Positions 1 through 11,690 of a stretch of DNA of 46,098 bases are shown piece by piece; position 1 is the stretch's first letter, and each line of letters begins with the position of its first letter. The stretch lies in NCBI RefSeq assembly GCF_000315625.1, contig NW_005434421.1:1-46098 (forward strand). The letters run 5' to 3'. A program made the position numbers and the translations under genes. The notes below the pieces were generated by a model. That model did no database searches. It was not told the DNA's origin and saw only the letters and a list, made by a program, of their open reading frames with translations. The stretch comes from Guillardia theta CCMP2712 (lineage: Eukaryota; Protista; Cryptophyta).

Positions 1-200
1 TCCTAAACCCTAAACCCTAAACCCTAAACCCTAAACCCTAAACCCTAAACCCTAAACCCTAAACCCTAAACCCTAAACCCTAAACCCTAAACCCTAAACC
101 CTAAACCCTAAACCCTAAACCCTAAACCCTAAACCCTAAACCCTAAACCCTAAACCCTAAACCCTAAACCCCAAACCCTAAACCCCAAACCCCAAACCCT
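1..200 (-). repeat. Telomere, (TTTAGGG)n plant/algal type, ~24 perfect units followed by TTTGGGG variants
   Basis: Perfect CCCTAAA array from the window start to 168, then three CCCCAAA variants within 169-196. The C-rich strand on + marks a left chromosome end. Confidence 0.98.
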
Positions 201-391
201 CGTTCTTCCCTCTGGTCTGAAACCTTCCTGGTTGTTAGTGTCTTATGTTTTTCAGCAGCTTTTGCCAGTCTGTGCGCTATGACTGCCTGGAAGATCCGCG
301 TTACCGAGGAGAGGACGCATATAGGTCTTTGATTCTCCAAGACGTGACACATCTCATTTTTTGGGAGGAGCCTAACTCTCGCGAGCATCTT
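201..391 (-). mobile_element. Internal fragment of a non-LTR (LINE-type) retrotransposon reverse transcriptase inserted in the telomeric array
   Basis: Minus-strand translation ARVRLLPKNEMCHVLENQRPICVLSSVTRIFQAVIAHRLAKAAEKHKTL continues after a 1-nt frameshift as NNQEGFRPEGRT. This matches the LINE RT N-terminal consensus (LIPK..NYRPISLL..KIF..I..RL..L..Q.GFRP.RS). Confidence 0.85.
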
Positions 392-516
392 CTAAACCCT
401 AAACCCTAAACCCTAAACCCTAATCCCAATTTAGAACCCTAAATTTAGAACCCTAAATTTAGAACCCTAAATTTAGAAACCCTAAATTTAGAACCTAAAC
501 CCTAAACCTAAACCCT
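392..516 (-). repeat. Inner telomeric array with 14-bp variant units CCCTAAATTTAGAA
   Basis: CCCTAAA units at 392-423, four CCCTAAATTTAGAA units at 437-493, and degenerate CCTAAA/CCCTAAA to 516. Confidence 0.92.
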
Positions 517-528
517 GCCAATCCAGCA

Positions 529-2057
529 ATGCGACTCATCAGTCTTCTGCTTCTTGGATGTGCGATTGGAGCGGAGTCAAGTGCTCAACAAGCCTTGAAG
601 ATGAATCAACCTTGTCTGTACTTTGTTCCTGTTCCCTTATCATCTGTTCCCTTATCCATTTTTCGGAGCAAATTTCACGCCTGCAAACTCAGAAAAGCAC
701 GGGCATTGAACGCGATCCAACGCGGAAGTGTCGTTCAAATGCAAAGTAGGATAATATCAGAGGTATACTTTGCAATTTTTGTATATTATTTGATGTTTCG
801 TTTGCATCTTGTTTTTAATTTTCGTGCAAGGATGAATGCAGTCGAGATGAAGATAAGATCATGATAGCGCAAACAAGGGCATGGGTCAAGGAAATGATAG
901 TGGAACTAAACTTGTGTCCCTTTGCACGAACACCATTTCAAAAGGATACTGTTCGATATTCGATCTCCAATGCACAAAAGGTAGATACTGTTGGCATGCC
1001 CCCCTTGATTGTTGAGTCAAGGAAAAAGAATTGATCGACGACATTCTGCAAGAAGGTAACAATACTCAACAGATGGCAGATTGTTCAATTATTCTGATCT
1101 AGCATGTAAACTTCTTGACGACGATCCTGAAGAGACAGCAACAACTCTTTTACTAGCACCGTAATCTTCCTAGGAGAAAGTCGTATCAAGTAGTAATTTG
1201 AAATGACAGCTATTGGGCCGACGCTCTTGAGGATTGGTCCGAGGTATGAGATTCTCTAATGCTTCATATTTGTGATCCTTTAACAATTAGCTGGGATATT
1301 TTCTTGAAGAGGAAATCTTCGACAAAGAAGATGATCCGGTGACGAGAAATCTGCTTGAGACTTTCTTTCATGACGCTGCCATCAGCTTCTTGAAGGAAGA
1401 GTTGGAATCGCCTTCTTCCATCCTAACTGGACCTTCAATGAAATGGACAACAACGATCCGATACACTTCGAGAGACGAGCTCCGTAACTTCTTCGTTCCC
1501 TGAAAGCTTCATGTGTTAAATCACTTGTCTTGAGTGCACAGCATCCATGTTGGGTCCAAAATTTATTTTTTCTTGGTCCTATGCACCTCAATGACCTTAT
1601 CTTTTAGGATACCAACAATCAGTCTTCTACGTAAAGACGATATTGGTGTATACGTTCAAGATGCGTTGGAAAAGGGAATAATCCTTAGCAAGAAAGTGCA
1701 GGTAACTAATGGATCATATACATTGATGCATGAACTATTGCTTATTCAAACTTAGTCTTTCCATTCAATGAGTGGAGCATCCTTTTTTAATTTTAGTAGT
1801 TGTGATTTTGCAACTCTATGCCCTGCCTGTCTCTCTATGTATCTACTTTTCACCGATTTTTGTATGAGAATAATGAGTGGAAATGCACTGACTGTCTACA
1901 TGCAGGATGACAATGAGGTGACACTCAGGAAATATGTACTGAACAATTGAACATGTTTTTGAGAATCACATTGTTTTCTTTGCAGGGATATGATAAGCTT
2001 GAAAGGAAGATGTCTCAGATCAAGCAGTTGCAAAGCAAGAGAGCCACTGAGCATTGA
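529..2057 (+). CDS. DUF1415 family protein with N-terminal signal peptide and possible transit peptide (multi-exon)
   Basis: Spliced exons give TRAWVKEMIVELNLCPFARTP, ETATTLLLAP, GIAFFHPNWTF..DPIHFERRAP, PTISLLR and DNEVTLRKYGYDKL, which are DUF1415 motifs. GT-AG introns. Hydrophobic leader MRLISLLLLGCAIGA. Confidence 0.85.
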
Positions 2058-2099
2058 GCTGAAAATTGTTGAGCTCTAATGCGCCTGCATTTGATCGTT

Positions 2100-2991
2100 G
2101 GCTGCTGAAATTCAAATTTTGAAAATTTTGGATCCTTGCTGCTCATTGTGCGTGTCTCTTGGCCTCAAAAGATTGAGAAAAATGGCCATTAAAGATGCGT
2201 CAAAAATGGCCGCGAAATTTCCAATGCCGAATTCGGTTGAATGGTAATAATTCGTAGCAGTTGAGAGTGTTGCTCAACTGCGCTGTTATCTTATATCATT
2301 GTCCACTATATCACTATATGTGGTATATCAAACATGACCTGCATATCGTCCTGTCAACCATCAGCTTTCTGGCCATCAAATGCTTTTCAATTACATTATG
2401 TCTTTGCTGCATCTCTTCTTTCTATTTGCTTAACTTTGTCGGTGGATTCAGATGACTTATCAGAAAATATGTTAGCAGCAACCGAAGAAAGATCTTTTAC
2501 ATTGCCTCATTTTCAAATTTCGTCCCGTCAACAGCAGCTCGATTTCGAGATGAGTCCACATTTTCATCAGCTCTGGAGCGGTCCTGTGAACAATCAGATC
2601 ATGGCTATGTCATTTCTTTCTTCAGGTTGCCCATTACATCAAGTACTATTTGCAATAATCAAATACATCTCAATTAGTTTGCGAACCGGAGCACGAAAAA
2701 TAGATTCCCTAAGCACATCATCATAAAGTTTTTAAAACCATACCTCATCAGCTTTTGGAGTTCTCATGACAGTGACACTTACAATTCGTCCCTCATAAGT
2801 ACGTATGATGGCTTCCTGCCCCTCCTGCATTGACGTTGGCAGATGGTAACGATGATTGCTCCTTTTCCTAGCCAATTTTCTGCCGATGGAGGGATAAAAG
2901 GCGAGGGACTGCGGATCCCAGCAGAGTGCTCTGTAACAGGAATAGCCAGTATCAGAAGACAGGAAGATGCAATCAAGAGGAGGAACTTCAA
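2100..2991 (-). CDS. Hypothetical multi-exon protein with hydrophobic N-terminal segment; ends not resolved
   Basis: ORF 2779-2991 (FLLLIASSCLLILAIP) ends at a GTAAGT donor, and further exon-like segments follow. No in-frame ATG found. Confidence 0.35.
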
Positions 2992-3099
2992 GAAGGTACT
3001 AGAATGAGCATAGTGAGTGAATGATAAACTGAAGGAGAGGCGAAGCGGCGAGGCACCGCAGACGAGGGGAAGCGGGCAGGGATACGATTGTCGGAGCGA

Positions 3100-3870
3100 G
3101 CGGATCGGGGCGGAGTTTTGATATTGGGGTGTTTAGGACTGGGGGTACTTTGAGATACATGGGGGTAGGTAGTATGCAGGGTGAGGCGCTAATGGCGGCA
3201 CGGCAGAGAGGGGTAGGGGTACATTTCAATTTACACGGGTGGTCTACAGTGCCTGTACCGAAAGGATTCAGTGGGTAGGGTGGGTTGAAGGTGGTCGCGA
3301 GGAAGTTGATTACAAATGTAACACAAATTTGGTACAGGAAGGGGTAGCAAAAGAGGTTACGACTGCTTGTATCGAGGGGGGTGGGTTGAGTATGGGCTCG
3401 ATTCCAGGGGGCTTGGAGCTGTACAAAACAGGGGTTAAAGGGGTTCTCAAGTATCGGAGTAGGGGTACATGTACGTTGAGAGGGGTTTTGCATGGGGTGT
3501 ATCTGATACACGGGCTATATCAGGAAGGAGGTCAACATATGAGAACCCCTTCGTTCAAGTTTGGATCACTACCAAAAGGGTGGGTGGTAGACGTTGAAAT
3601 AAACAACTTTTGGACGATCTTCAACACCCACCCGTCAATTCTATTGTCTGGACCCCTATCATCATAACACCTATTTGATAACCCACCCCCCCATACATGG
3701 GCCCGTGACCACTCAGAAATTCGATTGCATTTATGCCGGATTGTAAAGAAGGACCCTGCCACCCACCCACACAGTGCCACCTTTTTACTACCGTGAAGAT
3801 CTGCCGCCCCACCCCTACCCTGCATCTATCCGCGAAACACCCCACCCTTCGATCAGTACATGACTGCTGA
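3100..3870. repeat. Strand-skewed GGGGTA/ACCCC-rich dispersed repeat-like tract
   Basis: G-rich half then C-rich half. Shares words (GGGGTAGGGGT..ATTTCAATT, GAAACACCC(C)ACCCTT) with 38330-38600. Confidence 0.5.
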
Positions 3871-4799
3871 CTGGCATGAACGGGCAGGCAGCGCCGCTTG
3901 AATAGAACATCGTTTTTGACCGTTACTGGCGAGGACACGCGGCAGTGCTACCGTAGTACCGTACGGCGGGTTCCCGAGTTCCGGACTCCTCAGGGCCTCA
4001 GAGTTCCTTGACAGTCACAGTGGTCCACCCTCATTGATAGGGTGGGTCATCAAAATTGTTTTAGATGGTACAAATTAGCAGTTATGAACCGTTACTCAGT
4101 ACAACTGTTTGTACCACGGATTCGAATAAACAATTCATTGCCGTTAAAACAAATGGACACGCCAGTTCAAAATTTGAAGCACCCCTACCACTGATATTAC
4201 CGAGCAACACCCCTCAAAAACCATGGGGTACACTACCACCGGTATCCTATGAGAACAGCATACGCATTCCTCTTTTGCGTTAATAAAGACCAACGCGGTT
4301 TGACCCCAGAATGCATGGCAGTGACTCAGACTGATGTTGCACCCGCATGACGTTACGTCAGTAACGGACATGGCAGCATCATGCGAGTAGTCGCAAGAGG
4401 CTACGTACGCTGGCGAGGTGTATAATGCTAGAATCGAAGATGTGTACTGGACGTAGACGTACGTACAACACATTGGTATGATGAAAGCATGAGGCTGGTA
4501 TAAACCGATACACATGTTTACTCATTGCTGTATTACGGGTTAAGCCTGACCTCGACATATAAGCAACCCATCTTAGACGTTGGCCACGTCATCGGAATGG
4601 GATTGCACGAACATTGACGTGTGTTCTCTTACTGCTGTACATAAACAAATCTAGCTTCATTGTTCATCTGTTCTACTCCTAAGTGCACTATCGCTCAGTT
4701 GCTGGACTATACCCGCATCACAGACGGCCCCACTGGCACGCCGGTAAACTGAGTGGGGTGATGTGATGCCGAACAGTCAGCCTGAAATCTTGGACAGAG

Positions 4800-5052
4800 A
4801 GATTCGAAGTTTCGAAACTTATCATTATTCAACGAACTTGGAATGTTTTTTCAACCGTGATTCAGCCATTCAATCGCAGGCTGACTCTGCCTCAGTCTGC
4901 CAGGCTAGCCTGGTCACGGGGTGATGGTCCGAGTCCGAGTCACCGTGGTCGGCGAACTCGAACACGCCCGAAAAAAGGCTTCAAGCCGGGGAATGCCGCA
5001 CTGCCGCGGCACTCGGAGGCCCTGAGGCTAAGGCGGCCCGGCGGCCCGGCGG
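4800..5052. repeat. GC/CpG-rich island of the dispersed CCGGGCCC/GACTC family
   Basis: Same word set as 26945-27260 and 38700-39790. Preceded by TTCGAAGTTTCGAAACTT. Confidence 0.5.
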
Positions 5053-7184
5053 CTATTGCGGTATTCCCTTATTCTCCTTCATAGCTTTTGACGTTTTCTT
5101 GCGATCTGTTGATGGTGGAGGTTTCTGGAGCAGTGAAGCGAAATAGTCGGTCAGAACCTGGTCGTTCACCTTGACAGTTCAAGTCATTTCACGGAAGCGC
5201 GGCGTTAAATTTAACAAAATGGTCACAGTTGCGACAGACCTGTCCTTGAGAGACTTTAGATCGCAAATCCTCCGTGGCCGGTGATTCCTTGTCTTCCTCC
5301 TGCACCTTGGCGACTGCTAATATCTCAATATTGATAATCCGCTCTACCAATATAGAGGCACCGCGAGAGGATGGAGTATCTTTTGAGTGCGAAGATTTGG
5401 CAATAGATGAAGGAGGTTTTCCTGCCACGCTGTCACGGCAAAGGATCCAGCATTCCCTACAAACCGTGGGAGGTCTCCCTGCTCAAAATGTCATTGAGTT
5501 CCTCTAGAAGCTGCTTGTCATCGGCATGAAATAAATCCTTTGACTTGTCTTCTGCCTCTCGAGTCTGTCCCATAGATCAGAACAACACAGCTCACAGCCC
5601 ATACAAGACCGTATTGCGTACAAACAGACTTGAACAGCTCTATAGAAGATTCAGCGCACATAGATCGAGTCAACATGAAAACCTTCGAAGGAGGCAGATC
5701 ACAAAGAATCCCAATTGCCTGCTTGTTGTCTGTGCCGGACGGAATGAAAATTGAACTTCTGTCTATCAACTGACGGTCTATTGCTCAATTTTGTGTCATG
5801 AAAAGATAAGCAGCGAAACCTGAGGGCTAATATCTGATTTGACATTCCACAACATTGAATTTAGAAGATTCTTGATTCTGCAAATAACGTTTCAATACAT
5901 TTCTTGTCTGTATTCGTGAGAAACCTTGAGATGTTGCAAAGGGTTTTAGACGAGGTAAAAGTCAAACTTAATCCAAAACCTAAACAAAACGTCCGAAGTA
6001 TGTACTGTAGCGCAACCATGAGCACGAGTAAACGCTTGCTAAACACTTAGGCTGTTTCAACACGTACCTGCATCATCAAAACGTCATCTGCAGGAATCGT
6101 GTCGATGACGTCACACTTGCATCCAACAACCTTTTCGATTTCAAATCAGAAAACGACTATGGAAATACAAAACTTGGTGATCTCGTTCCTCAAATTGTTC
6201 TTACCACAAGCGGAACTCCAATGTTAAGATCCATTGCCTGTAATTCAGGAAATAGTTGCGAAAATTCTGACCACATGCGTTAGAAAACCGTCAACGTTCT
6301 CGTAAATAATACCCGATGATTGTGACAAAACTCCATCGGGGAGGGGCAAATTTTCAATGAGATTTTCTACCCTTGATTCACAACTATCATTTTCTTTGAC
6401 ATGTCTAGATGAAAGGAGACGCCTTCGATGTTTCTCCTGCAAGAAATTGAGCATGGCAGATGAAAAAGTGACGGACGAGAGACCTGTAGCTGACCTAGCT
6501 CCTCGATGTTTGTGCAGTCCTTAATGCTCTTCAAGCCTCATACTTAGACCAACCTCCCCCCCGGAGCTATTCAAGACATACCTCGCTTGCTGTGCGGATC
6601 CCGTCTACTAGAGCAGAAGACAACCGCCAGGGTTCACTCAGGTCCACACATAACAGCAGCACTGTGTCGCCAAGACTTTCCTGCGCCCGAGCAGATCGCA
6701 TGCAAGTCTTGACAGCCTGTGAGCCGTCTGACGCTAGCCAGACCCCCAGCACATGCCTGTTGACCAATGAGTATAGCCGCCATCTCTGCCACTCCCAACC
6801 TGCCGTCGTCGGAATCCGAAGCATCCAGCTCAGAGTAGGCGAAGCGAACTGGTGACGCAGCGGGCACCTGGAATAGGTAAGGAGAAGATGACCGTGGCTG
6901 GAGGCGAACCGTTTGATTGCGACCAGACGATTGAAGGGAGGCCCACAAACAAGTCTTGCCAACTGTTTGCCAACTCAACGACACTCGAGCAAAGGTAATT
7001 TCAACCTCCTCCTCCTCCGAACAAGATGGCGTGCTTCGACCCCGTGCGAGAAGTCCTCGTTGAGACCTTGCATCAAACCCGATGTCAATCCCATCATGTT
7101 TAACCAAGTCATCGCATCCTCCATTGGCAAGTCCCTAATTCTTCCCTTGATCCTCCCCTCGATCCTCCTTCTCTCTCTCTCTCT

Positions 7185-7249
<65 letters not shown>

Positions 7250-7270
7250 GCCCTCTCTCTCTCTCTCTCT

Positions 7271-7363
<93 letters not shown>

Positions 7364-7455
7364 GCCCTCTCTCGCCCTCGCCCTCCGCGTCAGCCATGTT
7401 CAATCACCTCATCCAACAACTGTTCCCATCGCCTGCCTGTTTCCTGTCCCGCCAT
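5053..7455 (-). CDS. DYNC1LI: Cytoplasmic dynein-1 light intermediate chain (multi-exon)
   Basis: Exons encode MAGQETGRRWEQLLDE, TVLLLCVDLSEPW, LNIGVPLVVVGCKCD, QYILRTFCL..GLSLTFTS, DRSSIFIPSGTDN, the helix-1-like DDKQLLEELNDIL and the C-terminal VLTDYFASLL. All are DLIC motifs in the expected order. Confidence 0.85.
7168..7385. repeat. (CT)n microsatellite in DLIC intron 1
   Basis: ~215 bp CT run with CGCC interruptions. Confidence 0.95.
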
Positions 7456-7479
7456 GGACACCGTTACTTCGTGTAACGG

Positions 7480-10086
7480 ATGATCCATGCAGCATGCTTG
7501 GCGATAGCACTAGTAGTGGTGTGCCATGCAAGCGGCTCGGGGGAGGGACAAGAAGCGGCTCGGGCTGTCAACGTCGCCGATGTGAGGAGAGGGTCTCTGA
7601 TGCTGTGCAGAGCAGGTGGAGAAGTTCTGGGCAACCAGCTCGCCATCGACGGGAACCTTGTGTCGGGGTGGGTGACAGAGGGCGATGGCGAAGCGAACGA
7701 GGCAGTGTTGGTGCTGGATCACTTGTACGCTACTGTCGGGTTGAGGATACACAGTGGCTATGCCGGCCACATGGCGATCACTCAGCTGCGCCTTTGGTAC
7801 GCCACAAGTCTGCTGAACCCTGATCACTTCCACAATCGGTCAGCTTATAACTTGGCGCTCTTCTCGGAGGTCTCATGGAAGCACTTCTCGTCGTTATCGC
7901 ACGACGACTACATGGAGGTGCAGGAGGGAGTGATCCTCACGCACGCGATGACCTCTGCTCTCCATCACCCTCCTCTCCTGGTTCGAGCGGTCAAGATCGC
8001 CATAGACGACTGGACACCGGGAGGTGGTCCTGCCATTTTGAACGAGGTCGAAGTTTTAGCGCCACTCCATTTGAATCCGAGCCTGCACGATGATGATGAC
8101 GTGGATAGACCTGCGTTTGGTTACGTATGGCCTCTCTACAATCGCAGCCTCTCAACCAAGGAGGAGGCTCAAGAGGAGGAACCAAGGTTCTTGTGGTTCG
8201 GGGAGTTAGAGCACAACGAGAGCATCGTAAGAAGCGATATCCGCGTGAATCTCTCGGCAGTCAACTGTGAGGTACCAGCCGAGGCTCTTGTTGAGGTCTA
8301 CTTCGGAGGAAAGAAGGTCTCCTCGAGCACAACGTCGAGCCACGTATCCTTCACCGTCAGTGGTCTCGATCCTGGTCTCCACATCGTGACTGCACGTCTC
8401 CGGTCAGTCTTGACGGGTGAGCTGCTTCCATTGATGGATCGACGAGCCTTCTTTGTCCGCAGACAGCCTGCAGTCCATCCCTTCTTTCTCACCCGCAATA
8501 TTGAAGTGATCGGCGATGGTGTGGTGAAATCAGTAGCTGGGGAGCGATCAAAGTTTCGCATCCACGTGATCGAAGAGGAGGCTTCAGCAGCAGGCATGGA
8601 TGATCAGGGTAGTACCTGTACATCTAGATGGGGCAGCAGGATGCCATGGGAGGCAAACACGCAGGAACACTGGACTGTTCTCCTCAGGGGTCCAGCTTTG
8701 ATTGTAGGCAATGTTGTGCCAACAGACACAATAGGGGTGTATGATGCTTCTTATACGGCCGTGGATCCAGGCTGGTTGTTACCTTGATCGTTTAGTCAGA
8801 TTACTCAGTTTCATTCAGGTATGATCTTCATATCGTCCTCCATTATGCGCAGTGCTCTGGGCTTCGCAACCCTGGGGATGGCGGGGAAGAAGAGGTGATT
8901 GAGGTGCAGGTGCCAGGCTCTCCTTTCCGTGTGTTTGTGTCAGATCAAGGTTATTCCAATTGCTTTCCCAACGGTTCTCAGCTTGCTGTCAACCCCTTCC
9001 GCCCCGAAGCCCTGAAGCCCCGGTGCTCGAAGTTGGAGCCAGCGGAGGCAGAGGGCCGGTGGGTGAACAAACACTTGCTCTGTTCGGCTACGAGCAGAGA
9101 AACTCTGCCGTGCAGTCATGCAGATGAGATGGACGACTGGGTGTGGGTACCATGGCGATGTAGCCTGCCGAAACGTGTTCCACTAGAGGCCCAGCAGTGC
9201 CTCGAAGAGCGGAACCGCCGGATCTTGTTTGCCGGGGCGTCGCCGCAGCGGACGCTCTTCTTCGATGTTGCGGATTTGATTCTACCAGGCGACATGGTAA
9301 AGACCAAAGCGCATCAAGACCTGGAGTTTCCGCCATCTGCTTACTTCCATTGGATCCCCTACGACACCCAAGACAAACCTGGTTGCCCCCTCAACTGCCT
9401 CATCGACTACGACCAAGTCACGTGGCATATCGACAAGTTTGTCAACTTGACGTCCAAGAATGACAAGGACCTCATTGTCGTGCAGGCCTCTATCCATGAC
9501 ATATTCTTCGGCACTCTTGACAACTACTTTCGCAACATTCCCAAGCTAGCCAGGCTTCTCAGAGCGCTCCTCAAGCGACAGCGCATCCTCCCTCTGTTTC
9601 GACATGGCGATGCCATTCACTTACCTCGAGGAGGAGACGTTAGCCTGGTCAAGCATGGGTTTCGAAGTCAGCGCATGATTGCCGCCTTGGAATTTGCCAG
9701 GAGAATCATGAAGGAAGCAGGTGATACCTGCAGAAGTCTCTTCTCTCCCCATGCTCATCCCCCCCTCTCAGGTGTCCCGATCCTGGACACGCTTAGCTTC
9801 ACGGTAAGGCATCGACGCTACACGATCGTGACTGCTGAGATGCTGAAAGGTGGTGAGGCCTGAGGGGACGTCGGACGGGTATCACTTCAACGAGTGGGCG
9901 GTGAGTCCTCGCCTAGTCTCGGCGGCTTGAAGTTGATGCTTGTACCAGTGCCTCGAAGACAACTTCCGGGGCAACTCCATTTCCCGGTATATAAAATTGT
10001 GCTCTTCTGGTTTTTCATTACTGAGTCTTTCTCCCTGCAGGACAATTGCGAACATTGTGCTGCATTATGCATGCGAAGATTCTTGA
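7480..10086 (+). CDS. Secreted protein with galactose-binding-like/Ig (filamin-like) region and NXPE/PC-esterase-type SGNH domain
   Basis: Signal peptide, then a filamin-like segment (VLLRGP..GVYDASYTAVDPG..VPGSPFRVFV). WVWVPWRC..CLEERNRRILFAGASPQR is GDS-like, TSDGYHF is the DxxH motif, and the protein ends IANIVLHYACEDS*. Confidence 0.7.
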
Positions 10087-10519
10087 ACATTCAGACAGCC
10101 CGCACTTTCGAATGGGACAACTTAACTTGAGATCTAGTCTTGAGCATCATTCTTTCCTCTAAGTTACCGAACCCCCCTCGTCCTTTTTCCTGTTCTCCCT
10201 CCCTCCTTCCCTCTTCGATTTTTATTCTTTTGTGTTGATCTCTGTAAATCCGACATGGTAAATAGCCTCGTTCGCAAGTGGCTCGTGCTACAAGTTCGTG
10301 TAGTTGGACTGAAGAAACACGATGCCTTGGCTGCCCAGCCTCACGGATGGTCATATACGTCATATATACTTTACCATGTTGTAACATTAACAAACGAACG
10401 TGAACGGCGTGACGCCGCCTTGTGGATTGATCCGAGGCTGACTCTGCACTCCCAGTGCTGCACAACGATGATCTGCGAATGTCCGTTGGCTCGGCGCCGC
10501 CTCGCATTATTATTCTGAC

Positions 10520-11675
10520 ATGGCTGGGGCGAGGGAGGAGCCGGTGGTGAAGCGGATGATGCTGACGGCAGCAGCTGCGAGCGTCGCGGAGCTTGTCACG
10601 TACCCGATCGACATGTCGACAGCCGCCATGGTTCCTGCAGACTCTGACCTCGTGCGGCCGCAGGACCAAGACAAGACTGCAACTGCTGGGCGAAAACGGC
10701 GAGACCAAGTCGAGGAAGCCAGGCATGGAATCCGATGAGACTCCTTGGAGGTCTCATTTGATGCTCAGGAAGGATGCGATTCCATGAGCTGATCGTCAAC
10801 ATCTTGAGGACTGAGGTTCCTCCGCCATCTCTCGCTCTTCATTCGCATGTTCACTTTGTAACTCACAGGGTCCTCGAGGCTTCTACCGCGGGTTGTCCCC
10901 AGGAATTCTGCGGCATTGCATCTACAGCACCTCGCGTATCTTGCTGTATGAGAAGCTTCGAAGTGAGATGGTGCCGTTGCATTCCTCCTCCTTTCTCGCT
11001 TGCTGACGCTCCGCCAGGCACAACGACGGGGTTCAGAGGCAGCACTGTACCAGAAAGCACTGATTGGAGGAGCGTCTGGCCTGCTGGGACAAGCGCTGGC
11101 GTCTCCAGCAGACCTGGTGAAGGTCAGGATGCAAGCTGATGGGAGGAACGTGGCAAGAAATCTCCCAGCAAGGTGACGACCCTTGCTCGGTCGAATGCTC
11201 GGATGCTTTCAGTCACTGCCACGTTTCCAGGTACTCCGGCATCGCCGATGCCTTCACCAAGATCGTCCGCAGCGACGGTTTCCTGGGGCTTTACGCTGGG
11301 TTGGGTCCTAACCTGACTCGAGCTGCGCTTGTCAACATTGGAGAGCTCACAGCCTACGACTCGGCCAAGCACTTCCTCCTCGGCAAAGGATATCCTGACA
11401 ATGTCGGCGTGCATGCGGGTTCGGCCTTCATCTCCGGATTCTTTGCGACTCTTCTGTCGTGTCCTGCTGACGTGGTGAAATCAAGAATTATGGCAGATGG
11501 TTCGGGCATGTATCGGAACATGCTCGACTGCCTGCTCGTCACCGTCCGCCAAGAAGGTGTGCTCGCACTGTACAAGGGGTTCTTGCCCAGTTGGATCCGT
11601 CTGGCTCCCTGGCAACTCACCTTCTGGGTCGTCTATGAAGAGCTGCGGAAGCTATCAGGGATGAAGAGCTTCTAA
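10520..11675 (+). CDS. UCP4: Mitochondrial carrier, uncoupling protein 4 (SLC25A27)-like
   Basis: Three carrier signatures (YPIDMTKTRLQ, PADLVKVRMQADGR, PADVVKSRIM), plus PNLTRAALVNIGELTAYDSAKH and ALYKGFLPSWIRLAPWQLTFWVVYEELR. Confidence 0.9.
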
Positions 11676-11690
11676 GGATAAAGATGCTTG

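Noticed and set aside
6913-7476. RE/LS dipeptide ORFs
   Set aside because: (CT)n repeat inside DLIC intron 1.
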